The notes: generated by a model from the sequence alone, not told the origin. 36,249 nucleotides of DNA from a virus (IMGVR_UViG_3300043410_001642:105120-141368); one strand, 5' to 3'. Positions 18,208 through 25,567 are shown, numbered from the stretch's first letter. Translations and numbers: made by a program.

Positions 18208-18936
18208 ATGAAAGTATTAAGTTTACCACATAGTAGTAAGAGTTTAATCGTTTTTGAAAAGAGCGGTAGTTCTCTTATTAGTACCTTAATGAAAGCGGTA
18301 TGTGATTGGAAAGGAATACAAATAAAAAGTGGTGTAGATTTAAGACACGGAGACTTGGTATTAGTAGTAAGAGACCCAATAGATAGATTCATTTCATCGT
18401 TCTATCATAGTAAAGTGAGTAGGGAGGTGAGCATGAAAACACATATCAATTTAATCCTTAATCAGTTCAAAGAATTTCTAACCCATTATGAAAAATATGG
18501 GGAGGGTATAGAAGACCCTCACATTTACTCACAACTATGGCAGTTTCAAAAATATGGGATAGATATAAGAGAGAATCCCAATTGTAAAATTTATCATTTA
18601 GAAGATATACACATTGGGTTTAATCAGTTGAATAAAAAGTGGAAGGGAACGGATAACATAGATTGGAAGGGGATGGCTCACAATTTCTTCGAAGGTGGAG
18701 AGTTCAATGAGCAATTACCCATATTCAAAGATTTGGGAATAGATTTGGAAAAATGGGATAAATTTCATATCATTGCATTATATTCGTTCATCTTAGTAGG
18801 ATTAACACAACATCATAGGAATGAAGCGAGAGGATTTAGAGACTTTCTAAAATCTGATCACGGAGACCTATACAATAGAATGATAAAACTTCTTTATGAG
18901 GAGAACTATACATTAGGATACAAAATGGATTTGTAA
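18208..18936 (+). CDS. Sulfotransferase family 2-like protein (paralog 2)
   Basis: KSGSS, VRDPIDRFISSFY, HIYSQ. Confidence 0.65.
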   Translation: MKVLSLPHSSKSLIVFEKSGSSLISTLMKAVCDWKGIQIKSGVDLRHGDLVLVVRDPIDRFISSFYHSKVSREVSMKTHINLILNQFKEFLTHYEKYGEGIEDPHIYSQLWQFQKYGIDIRENPNCKIYHLEDIHIGFNQLNKKWKGTDNIDWKGMAHNFFEGGEFNEQLPIFKDLGIDLEKWDKFHIIALYSFILVGLTQHHRNEARGFRDFLKSDHGDLYNRMIKLLYEENYTLGYKMDL

Positions 18937-19178
18937 TGAAAAGGAAAAAAGACAAATGGGTTCAGCCCGAATGGGATTGCCACAATAAAACCTACGATGT
19001 AGTAGAGAGTGAGTTGGCAAATTGGATATTGATTAAGCAAGAGAACCTACCTCTACATATTATCACCGGAAACTCAAAGGAAATGAAAAAGAGAGTTGTG
19101 AGTATAATAGAGAGTATAGGATTCGAATGGATGGAGAGTATTACCAATAGTGGTATGATAATAGTAACGAATGGCTAA
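18936..19178 (+). CDS. Hypothetical protein
   Basis: ORF track 80 aa; possibly Smr-like (HIITGNS) but weak. Confidence 0.6.
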   Translation: MKRKKDKWVQPEWDCHNKTYDVVESELANWILIKQENLPLHIITGNSKEMKKRVVSIIESIGFEWMESITNSGMIIVTNG

Positions 19179-19464
19179 GAAATTAACAATAAAAGGTTGG
19201 AAGAAGATAGAAGACTATTGGGATAGTAGAGAAGATGGAGGTTGGATTGCCGTAGAGACGGATACACAATATACTCTAATAGGAAAAAAGATGTCCATTA
19301 TCATTCATAGGATAATGAGAAAGGATGGTCTTTGGAACACCGATTTTGTAGTAAATGGGGATACGAAGAGGTTAGAACTACCAAAATCCGCATTTGGGTT
19401 AGAGAACCTATACCAATTATGGGATGGGGAAATAGATGCAATGATGATAAACCGAAACATATGA
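19171..19464 (+). CDS. LxI(E/K)N-family small domain, dispersed copy
   Basis: LTIKGWKKI start, IIIHR mid-motif. Confidence 0.6.
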   Translation: MAKKLTIKGWKKIEDYWDSREDGGWIAVETDTQYTLIGKKMSIIIHRIMRKDGLWNTDFVVNGDTKRLELPKSAFGLENLYQLWDGEIDAMMINRNI

Positions 19465-20213
19465 GAAAGGAAATAATACTATATAGGGATACCCTAACGG
19501 GAAAGATAACGGATAATTGGGGCTATGAGTATTCCCTACCTCAAAGGGAAGAGGCAGCCCAACACACCCCACCTTTCCGAATGGAGAGTGGAGATTTGAG
19601 CGGAGATTTGACAATCACCGGTAATTTGACGGTACAACAATCCCAATGGGTTTACCTTAGAGGACCAATAACGGGTAGTGGGGCTCTAATAAACGGAGCG
19701 ATAACTGCGAGTAACTTATGGGTTAGGAATAGAACGGGAGGAGAGAATGAGGCAATGGAAGGAATGGGATACCTCCGAGTGGATGAAGATATCCTATTGG
19801 GAGGTGAATCGGTTAAAGGAAGATTGGATGATTTCCATAAAGTAGGAGTATTAGAGGGAGAGTTGGGAAGATTAGAAAAGAAATTGAGTAGAGTAGAGTA
19901 TGAAGTGGGTGAGTTGAATATGAGGAAAGGAAATGATGGGGGTATGGAAGAGGTTAAGAATCGTTTATATGCTTTAGGGAATAGAATATCGTTTTTGGAG
20001 CAAGGTATGGATGCGGTGAAGAAAAATAAAGGGGATGAAGGTATGGATTCCCTAATGGGGGAGTTTAAGAGATTAGAAGAAGTGGTGATGAGAAGGTTAG
20101 CGGAAGTAGAAGATAGTGGAGAGAGTAAACCAAAGGTAGAAGGGGATGTAATGAGTATGATGCATCAACTTAGAGATGATGTGAATATAATAATGGGTAT
20201 GTTACATAAATAA
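19461..20213 (+). CDS. Fibre-like beta segment plus coiled-coil protein (start corrected from 19332)
   Basis: ATGA overlap at 19461; GDLSGDLTITGNLTV segment, heptad-rich C-terminal half. Confidence 0.6.
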   Translation: MRKEIILYRDTLTGKITDNWGYEYSLPQREEAAQHTPPFRMESGDLSGDLTITGNLTVQQSQWVYLRGPITGSGALINGAITASNLWVRNRTGGENEAMEGMGYLRVDEDILLGGESVKGRLDDFHKVGVLEGELGRLEKKLSRVEYEVGELNMRKGNDGGMEEVKNRLYALGNRISFLEQGMDAVKKNKGDEGMDSLMGEFKRLEEVVMRRLAEVEDSGESKPKVEGDVMSMMHQLRDDVNIIMGMLHK

Positions 20214-20222
20214 GAGAAAGTT

Positions 20223-20717
20223 ATGGATAGTAGAGAACTTAGGGAAATGAGTATTCGGAATGCGAAGATGGCATTGGAGCAAGCGAAGTGGAATAACGAA
20301 GCACACTTAACCCAATTGTATTATGATATGGTCTTAAAGGGAATAGACCCGACAAAGACCCGTAGAAGTGAAATAGTTGCGGAAACAAAAAATAATTCAG
20401 TGAAAAGACTTATTATAGAAGACCCTACTAAATTAAATAATATACATATAGAGTATGAAGGAAGGAATCTATTAGATAGTATGGATAACTACAGTTGGAA
20501 GGTAGTATTAGATAATAAGGTATGGAGAGTAATACTATATAGAGACTGGATAGATGGAGAGAGTGTAGAGGGAGAAGTACATCATAGAAGTAGAATAGAT
20601 AACTTAAGTGAATCACTAAGTAGAGAGGTATGGGTAGATAGAAGGATAGTAAAAGGAAGAGAAGGTTTTATAGAGTGGGTATATAAGAATACACTACATT
20701 ATGATAGAGTTAGATAA
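20223..20717 (+). CDS. Protein with C-terminal LxI(E/K)N-family domain
   Basis: LIIEDPTKL...VILYR...GFIEWV. Confidence 0.6.
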   Translation: MDSRELREMSIRNAKMALEQAKWNNEAHLTQLYYDMVLKGIDPTKTRRSEIVAETKNNSVKRLIIEDPTKLNNIHIEYEGRNLLDSMDNYSWKVVLDNKVWRVILYRDWIDGESVEGEVHHRSRIDNLSESLSREVWVDRRIVKGREGFIEWVYKNTLHYDRVR

Positions 20718-20943
20718 GGGAGTAGAGGGTAAGAGGTATAGAGTAGTAGGAGTAAGAGAAGGAGACCCATGCCAACATTGTACTCCGTGTTTAAGGCTGA
20801 GATTATTAGAATTTGGTTTCCTTATAGGGGAAGAGTTAGAGGTTAAAAGAGGAGGAGAGCCAATGGTTATTCTAATAGGTGGAGTATGGAGTATGGGTAT
20901 AAGAGGGGATGAAGCCGTTAGAGTTCAAATAGAAGAAATATGA
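20701..20943 (+). CDS. FeoA-like SH3 domain with CxxCxxC insert
   Basis: YRVVGV...RLRLLEFGFLIGEELEV...GEPM...IRGDEA; CQHCTPC insert. Confidence 0.7.
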   Translation: MIELDKGVEGKRYRVVGVREGDPCQHCTPCLRLRLLEFGFLIGEELEVKRGGEPMVILIGGVWSMGIRGDEAVRVQIEEI

Positions 20944-21074
20944 TTATAGAAGAAAAGATAGAGAAGTTAAAGGAGTTATTAAAGGTAATGATAGAGTTAG
21001 AAGAGTACCATATATGTGCTCAAATTAAGGGAATAATAGATAGATATGAGAGGTTAGAAGGGAGTGATACCTAA
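20940..21074 (+). CDS. 44-aa UVR (UvrB/UvrC)-motif-like peptide
   Basis: LKELLKVMIELEEYHICAQIKGII; ATGA overlap with the FeoA-like gene. Confidence 0.55.
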   Translation: MIIEEKIEKLKELLKVMIELEEYHICAQIKGIIDRYERLEGSDT

Positions 21075-21241
21075 TTCTTTTTTTAATCAAAATCCACCCC
21101 TATATAAGAAGAAATAAAGCGGTATCCGCCCTATTGTTTAAACCCATTTTATACGGATTGTTGAAATGGAGATTGAAAGCGAGAAAAGAGTGTAAAATGT
21201 AGATTTATACACTTTAGTGACTTATTGTTATAGATAAGAGA

Positions 21242-21277
21242 GGGGTGAAAAAGTGGGAGAAAGTGGGTAGTAGTGGG
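21242..21277 (+). repeat. 10-bp-phased AGTGGG repeats, G-quadruplex-capable
   Basis: G runs at 21242-45, 21255-57, 21265-67, 21275-77. Confidence 0.65.
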
Positions 21278-21317
21278 ATATACACATACACACATACGGA
21301 GAAATTTTTTTTACGCA

Positions 21318-21348
21318 CAAAGGTACGGAAAAAAATCCATATTTCAAA
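21318..21348 (-). promoter_or_regulatory. Consensus promoter with no credible downstream ORF
   Basis: Minus strand TTTG-N19-TACCTTTG. Confidence 0.7.
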
Positions 21349-21491
21349 GCCCTAAATACAAAATTTTATTCTCTTTTATACACCATATTCAGTAAAATAT
21401 TCTGCGAGGTGTCGGGCTGAGCAGAATAAAATTCGGTTTACAAATGTTTACAAATGGGTAGGGATACTACTGATGTATTCACAAATGTAAA

Positions 21492-21824
21492 CTACTCAAA
21501 CCATTGGTCTCTGCGAGTTTTTATATTCTTAATACCAGGGTCTTTCAACTTAGGGTCACCACCTAACTTCTCTGCCGCCTGACGGATAGAGTTAGAATAT
21601 TCTTCATCACCGATACGACCAATCTCTTTAGCTTTTTTTAATTCTTCAGTAGTAAGTGCTTCACCCTTAGTGATTGCAGCAAATTGTTTTGTGTGATAAC
21701 TACCTAACGGCTTAATAGTGTGAGTGGCTCTTAAGTGAGCGGCTTTGGCATCTAAGTATTTGAAAAGGTCATCATCGGATAAACCTTTTAGTTCTTCATC
21801 AGTAAGTTCTTTAAATGTACTCAT
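21492..21824 (-). CDS. Hypothetical early protein
   Basis: ORF track 110 aa, in a minus-strand operon. Confidence 0.75.
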   Translation of the reverse strand: MSTFKELTDEELKGLSDDDLFKYLDAKAAHLRATHTIKPLGSYHTKQFAAITKGEALTTEELKKAKEIGRIGDEEYSNSIRQAAEKLGGDPKLKDPGIKNIKTRRDQWFE

Positions 21825-21837
21825 AGAAAATAATTTT

Positions 21838-22104
21838 TTATTCTGAATCTAAACCTAACTCCATTAACTCCTCTTGGGCTTCTTTTGCTCCCTTAGAGAT
21901 TAACTTCTCTCCACATACTATATCGATTGCTCCAACCGCTTTAGCATAGTTGATGAACTTCTTACCGAATAGTTCCTTACCGAATGAAGGCCCTTTAGTA
22001 ATGATGACCATCTCTCCGAACTTCTCATGAGGGAATAACTCAATACGGAAGTTAGAATGTTTAGTGAAATACACACCCGCTTTGTCTAATTTGAAATCTT
22101 TCAT
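21838..22104 (-). CDS. Hypothetical early protein
   Basis: ORF track 88 aa. Confidence 0.75.
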   Translation of the reverse strand: MKDFKLDKAGVYFTKHSNFRIELFPHEKFGEMVIITKGPSFGKELFGKKFINYAKAVGAIDIVCGEKLISKGAKEAQEELMELGLDSE

Positions 22105-22126
22105 TTGTTTTATATTTTAAGTTTTA

Positions 22127-22339
22127 TTAATAAAAGAAACTATTCCAAGCAATAGAGTTAGGTACTGGATACTTAACACCTACAAGACCGGAGTCTATAA
22201 ACTTAGCATAGGGTGATGGTACTGATTCAAAAATTGAATACTCTTTACCTACTTTAATCAACTTACCTCTACAAGTTGGTGATTGGTTTTGAGAAGTCTC
22301 TTTCCCAATAACCGATTTTAATTCATTTATCTTATTCAT
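22127..22339 (-). CDS. Hypothetical early protein
   Basis: ORF track 70 aa, directly after a promoter-leader cassette. Confidence 0.75.
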   Translation of the reverse strand: MNKINELKSVIGKETSQNQSPTCRGKLIKVGKEYSIFESVPSPYAKFIDSGLVGVKYPVPNSIAWNSFFY

Positions 22340-22392
22340 ATCTTATCTCTTTGTTACATAGTAAAGGTAGGTAGTAGTTACGACATATCCAA
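22340..22392 (-). promoter_or_regulatory. Early-type promoter plus conserved leader (leftward)
   Basis: Minus strand TTGG-N19-TACCTTTA-ctatgtaacaaagagataagat-ATG. Confidence 0.8.
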
Positions 22393-22445
22393 GCATTTTC
22401 CAAACTTTTTTTAAAATAAAGTGAAAATAAAGTTATCCACATTGC

Positions 22446-22493
22446 TTGGATATATGATACTTTTTCCTTACCTTAGTAGGGCGGGCGGGAGGC
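22446..22493 (+). promoter_or_regulatory. Early-type promoter firing into a G-rich non-coding start
   Basis: TTGG-N19-TACCTTAG then tagggcgggcgggaggc. Confidence 0.65.
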
Positions 22494-22521
22494 TAGTATA
22501 TACCAATAGCAGCCGGTCATC

Positions 22522-22565
22522 GTAACTCACTGATAATCAATCCATTGTAACTCACTGATAATCAA
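22522..22565 (+). repeat. Two exact 19-bp boxes, 25-bp period
   Basis: GTAACTCACTGATAATCAA at 22522 and 22547. Confidence 0.9.
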
Positions 22566-22607
22566 GCGAGAATTTTGTAGGAAAAGTAAAAATAATTTAG
22601 TATATGC

Positions 22608-22662
22608 TTGGATATGTCCCAACTCCTTCCTATCTTTACTATGTAATCAAATGAGAGATACT
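22608..22662 (+). promoter_or_regulatory. Early-type promoter plus conserved leader
   Basis: TTGG-N19-TATCTTTA-ctatgtaatcaaatgagagatact-ATG. Confidence 0.85.
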
Positions 22663-22806
22663 ATGAAAAAGTCACTTCCTAAACATCGTAAGTTAATGAT
22701 GGAATCTTTAGAACTCCTATTCAATGGTAATAGAGTGGAGGCTAAGAAGAAGATTAAGAAGGCTAAAGTAGAGGTTGAGAAGTTTTATTCAGTAAAAAAT
22801 AAGTAA
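22663..22806 (+). CDS. 47-aa basic micro-protein
   Basis: MKKSLPKHRKLMMESLELLFNGNRVEAKKKIKKAKVEVEKFYSVKNK after the conserved leader. Confidence 0.7.
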   Translation: MKKSLPKHRKLMMESLELLFNGNRVEAKKKIKKAKVEVEKFYSVKNK

Positions 22807-22807
22807 T

Positions 22808-23029
22808 ATGAATATCAAGTTTTTAATTGAAAGGATGAGCGAAGAGAATGTAAAGAAATTGGAAAGCTATTGTGTTAAGTACCCTAATAGTGGCGGATGG
22901 TTAATGAATGAGTTAGCCAATCATTATTATTGGACGAACTTAACTTATGAGAGTATCGCTACCCTAAACGATGTATTGGATTGTGGGTGGAGACCTAACG
23001 ATATAGCTAACATCTTCAGCCGAAAATAA
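22808..23029 (+). CDS. Hypothetical early protein
   Basis: ORF track 73 aa. Confidence 0.7.
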   Translation: MNIKFLIERMSEENVKKLESYCVKYPNSGGWLMNELANHYYWTNLTYESIATLNDVLDCGWRPNDIANIFSRK

Positions 23030-23052
23030 TCAAAAAATAATTGAGAAAAGGC

Positions 23053-23106
23053 TTGGATATGTCAGGCCTATTCCCTACCTTTATTGAGTAATAAAAGATA
23101 AGAGAT
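23053..23106 (+). promoter_or_regulatory. Early-type promoter plus conserved leader
   Basis: TTGG-N19-TACCTTTA-ttgagtaataaaagataagagat-ATG. Confidence 0.85.
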
Positions 23107-23685
23107 ATGAAAAACAAAATGAAATTTAGTTATGCGGGTATGGAGTTTGAAGTTCCTGCCGCTTGTTTAAAGACCACTGATTATTGGGGTAAACCTTTAG
23201 AAACCCCTTACATCTCCATCGGTCGTAAAGAGGTTGCTTCTATTAGTAAGGCCTTTGTTAAAAAGAACTTTCCCAATGTGTTAGTGTGGGCTAGTTCAGA
23301 GGTATTTGCTAATGGTAACTCCGTTTCCGTAAATGTTTGTAATTCAGATGGTTCAGATTTGGATTACGAAAGCAAGGAATGGAAAACTATTGCTGGTTTC
23401 GTTAATTCTCTTTCCGGCGGTAAATACAACGGATGGGAAGATATCTATGAGTATGGACCGGCGGGTGAAACCGATAATGGTACTAAGTTAGAAAGTTATG
23501 CGAAGTATGTTCATATTAACAATTCTGCTCCGCATGGAAGTTGGCCTTCAGCAGTTAAGTGTTTGAAAGGATTGATTGCTGGTGAGTATGTGTTCGGTCC
23601 CCTTTCAGTTGAGAAAGCGATTGAGAAGGCTAAAGGGTATGGTTATTCAGAGAGTAATATTGAGAAAGCATTAAACTTAATTTAA
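23107..23685 (+). CDS. LPD29-like (large polyvalent protein-associated domain) protein
   Basis: KKNFPNVLVWASSEVFANGNSVSV...GGKYNGWEDIYEY resembles the LPD29 pattern. Confidence 0.55.
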   Translation: MKNKMKFSYAGMEFEVPAACLKTTDYWGKPLETPYISIGRKEVASISKAFVKKNFPNVLVWASSEVFANGNSVSVNVCNSDGSDLDYESKEWKTIAGFVNSLSGGKYNGWEDIYEYGPAGETDNGTKLESYAKYVHINNSAPHGSWPSAVKCLKGLIAGEYVFGPLSVEKAIEKAKGYGYSESNIEKALNLI

Positions 23686-23686
23686 T

Positions 23687-23929
23687 ATGAGAGCTACAAT
23701 CAAAAGAGAGAAGTTATTAAAGAATTCAGCCGGTCAGTACCGATATCTATTCAATTGGGTAGGTGGAGGGTTCAATGATGTGTGGGCTAAGAACCTTAAA
23801 GAGTTCAAAGCGGAGGTAAAACGCCAGTTTGGTAACTCCAATTTGAAGGTAAATTACGATACTCTCCATAAAGCTACGGCGAGTGGGAGTAATGAATGGG
23901 ATAAAGCCGGCAATATGATGTGCTGGTAA
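23687..23929 (+). CDS. Hypothetical early protein
   Basis: ORF track 80 aa. Confidence 0.7.
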   Translation: MRATIKREKLLKNSAGQYRYLFNWVGGGFNDVWAKNLKEFKAEVKRQFGNSNLKVNYDTLHKATASGSNEWDKAGNMMCW

Positions 23930-23932
23930 TTC

Positions 23933-23994
23933 ATAACTCATTGATTATCAATTAGTTGGATTTTCCAATCTATTAAGAATTTTTCTTAATAGAC
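23933..23994 (+). repeat. Dyad box plus two hairpins
   Basis: ATAACTCATTGATTATCAA 23933-23951; TTGG-atttt-CCAA; TCTATTAAGA-atttt-TCTTAATAGA. Confidence 0.75.
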
Positions 23995-24004
23995 TAGAAA
24001 ATGC

Positions 24005-24058
24005 TTGGAAAATTCAATTTATTTACATATCTTTACTATGTAATAAAAGATGAGAGTT
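24005..24058 (+). promoter_or_regulatory. Early-type promoter plus conserved leader
   Basis: TTGG-N19-TATCTTTA-ctatgtaataaaagatgagagtt-ATG. Confidence 0.85.
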
Positions 24059-24304
24059 ATGATAAACAGAAACAACAACGGAAACCTTAACGGAAGATAC
24101 CCAGAAGGGTACAAACCAAAGATTGAGTATTGGGAAGCTAAATACTATATGGCGTTAGAGGAAGGTATTAAGAGTTATAGAGCAGGTAATAGGAAAGGTG
24201 GGATGTATTGGAATGAGAAAGCTGCCTATGCCAGTGAGAAGATGAACTACTTTAAGGGGAAAGAGAAGGAGAGAATGGTAGGAGTTGAGAGTAGTATTTG
24301 GTAA
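24059..24304 (+). CDS. Hypothetical early protein (start corrected from 24050)
   Basis: Leader homology places the start at the second ATG. Confidence 0.7.
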   Translation: MINRNNNGNLNGRYPEGYKPKIEYWEAKYYMALEEGIKSYRAGNRKGGMYWNEKAAYASEKMNYFKGKEKERMVGVESSIW

Positions 24305-24327
24305 TTAAAAAAAATATTGAAAAAGAT

Positions 24328-24358
24328 TTGGAATATTGAAAAAGTTTCCTTATCTTTA
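24328..24358 (+). promoter_or_regulatory. Early-type promoter
   Basis: TTGG-N19-TATCTTTA. Confidence 0.75.
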
Positions 24359-24459
24359 CGAAGTAAAAAAAGGGAAGAATAGAGGCTCCCTAATATAAGA
24401 CCTCTAAACTTTAACAAACCCTCCCATCAGTAGGGATAATCAAACTGATAAACAATAAC

Positions 24460-24648
24460 ATGGCAAGAATGTCAAAAAAGAAAGCAACAACAATGTATGA
24501 GACAGTATCTCACAACATTCAAAAAATCACTTCTCCTTCTGGTACTATCAACTACCGTGTAAGAGTAGGATTCAATGGTGAAGTATTATCTCAATATGCT
24601 CCTTCTTTGAAGAAAGCTAAGGCTGTTAGAGCAGAATTATTGGGTTAA
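24460..24648 (+). CDS. Small basic protein, AP2/Arm-type DNA-binding-like
   Basis: NYRVRVGFNGEVLSQYAPSLKKAKAVRAEL: three strands plus helix pattern. Confidence 0.5.
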   Translation: MARMSKKKATTMYETVSHNIQKITSPSGTINYRVRVGFNGEVLSQYAPSLKKAKAVRAELLG

Positions 24649-24656
24649 TCCCACTC

Positions 24657-24692
24657 AAATAGGGGGAAACCTTTGGATTCTCCCTATTTTTC
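24657..24692 (+). terminator. Intrinsic terminator
   Basis: AAATAGGGGGAA...TTCTCCCTATTT 12-bp stem plus T run. Confidence 0.8.
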
Positions 24693-24744
24693 TTAAAAAA
24701 ATACAATTAATTTTAATATTTATATAAAACAAAACAACTAAAAC

Positions 24745-24912
24745 ATGAAAAAAGTATTAGCAATCGTAGCAATCGCTACATCATTAGTGGCTTGTGGTGG
24801 TGCTTCAACTGAAGTAAAGACAGATTCAACAGCCGTTTCAACCGATTCAACAGCAGTAGTAGCTGATTCAACAACTGCACCAGCAGCTGCTGACACAATC
24901 GCTACTAAGTAA
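24745..24912 (+). CDS. 55-aa lipoprotein with DST repeats
   Basis: MKKVLAIVAIATSLVAC lipobox (Cys17), then DSTAVSTDSTAVVADSTT...ADTI; not in ORF track. Confidence 0.85.
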   Translation: MKKVLAIVAIATSLVACGGASTEVKTDSTAVSTDSTAVVADSTTAPAAADTIATK

Positions 24913-24931
24913 GATAATAAAGATTACTTTA

Positions 24932-25018
24932 AGGGTGGGTAAGTAGGAAACATCTTCAATTGCAGTTCTATTCTCTCTTTTACTCTTTTATTACAATAAA
25001 GTTTCTTACATTATACCT
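24932..25018 (+). ncRNA. Candidate antisense/3'UTR RNA element
   Basis: GTAAG..GGAAAC pairs with GTTTCTTAC, closing a pyrimidine-rich loop complementary to early leaders. Confidence 0.45.
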
Positions 25019-25050
25019 AACGGAGGTTGAGAAGACAGCCTCCGTTTTTC
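25019..25050 (+). terminator. Intrinsic terminator
   Basis: AACGGAGGTTG-agaaga-CAGCCTCCGTT plus T run. Confidence 0.85.
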
Positions 25051-25087
25051 TGTGTCCCATTCTATTTATAGAGGAACAAAGATAATT

Positions 25088-25118
25088 TTGGTTTTTTGGT
25101 TGTTTTTTCGTATCTTTG
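25088..25118 (+). promoter_or_regulatory. Promoter
   Basis: TTGG-N19-TATCTTTG. Confidence 0.8.
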
Positions 25119-25138
25119 TAGAGTATAAACCTATTATT

Positions 25139-25549
25139 ATGAGCAGAATATACCTTAAAACACCGGCACAACCATTAGGAAGGAGAACATTGGGTAGAAT
25201 TGCTCATATGACAATCACTTGGTGCAAGAAAAACTTAGGAATTAACCAACGAAAGGCCTATCAGCCCATCTGGTCCCTATCATCATACAACGGAGATTCT
25301 AAACTTTGCGGAGATTATGATGATGTAGAGAATGAAATTACTATATACTATAAGAACATAGATGATGTCAGAGAATTAGTAGCAACTATTATACACGAAT
25401 GGACACATCAGAACCAACCTTGTCGTTCCAAATACAAAAAGTGGAAGGGTTCATATAAGACCAACCCATTAGAGGTGGAGGCCTATGCAGCAGAGAGATT
25501 ATATACCTCCCATTGTTGGAATGAGATAAAGGGTAAGGTTAATCGGTAA
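25139..25549 (+). CDS. Zn metallopeptidase-like (HEXXH) protein (start corrected from 25052)
   Basis: IIHEWTH plus NPLEVEA third-ligand motif. Confidence 0.75.
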   Translation: MSRIYLKTPAQPLGRRTLGRIAHMTITWCKKNLGINQRKAYQPIWSLSSYNGDSKLCGDYDDVENEITIYYKNIDDVRELVATIIHEWTHQNQPCRSKYKKWKGSYKTNPLEVEAYAAERLYTSHCWNEIKGKVNR

Positions 25550-25567
25550 AAATAAATCGGTTTTCTC

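Noticed and set aside
19332-19460. Track N-terminal extensions (also 17696, 25052, 31745, 35507)
   Set aside because: They overlap upstream genes or promoters; internal ATGs with stop-start coupling fit better.
22522-22565. CRISPR array
   Set aside because: Only two adjacent copies with 6-nt spacers; no cas genes.
24980-25171. Minus-strand 63-aa ORF and an inverted functional promoter cassette
   Set aside because: Crosses a terminator and a promoter; the minus-strand -7 (AAACTTTA) is broken and there is no TTGG at 19-nt spacing.
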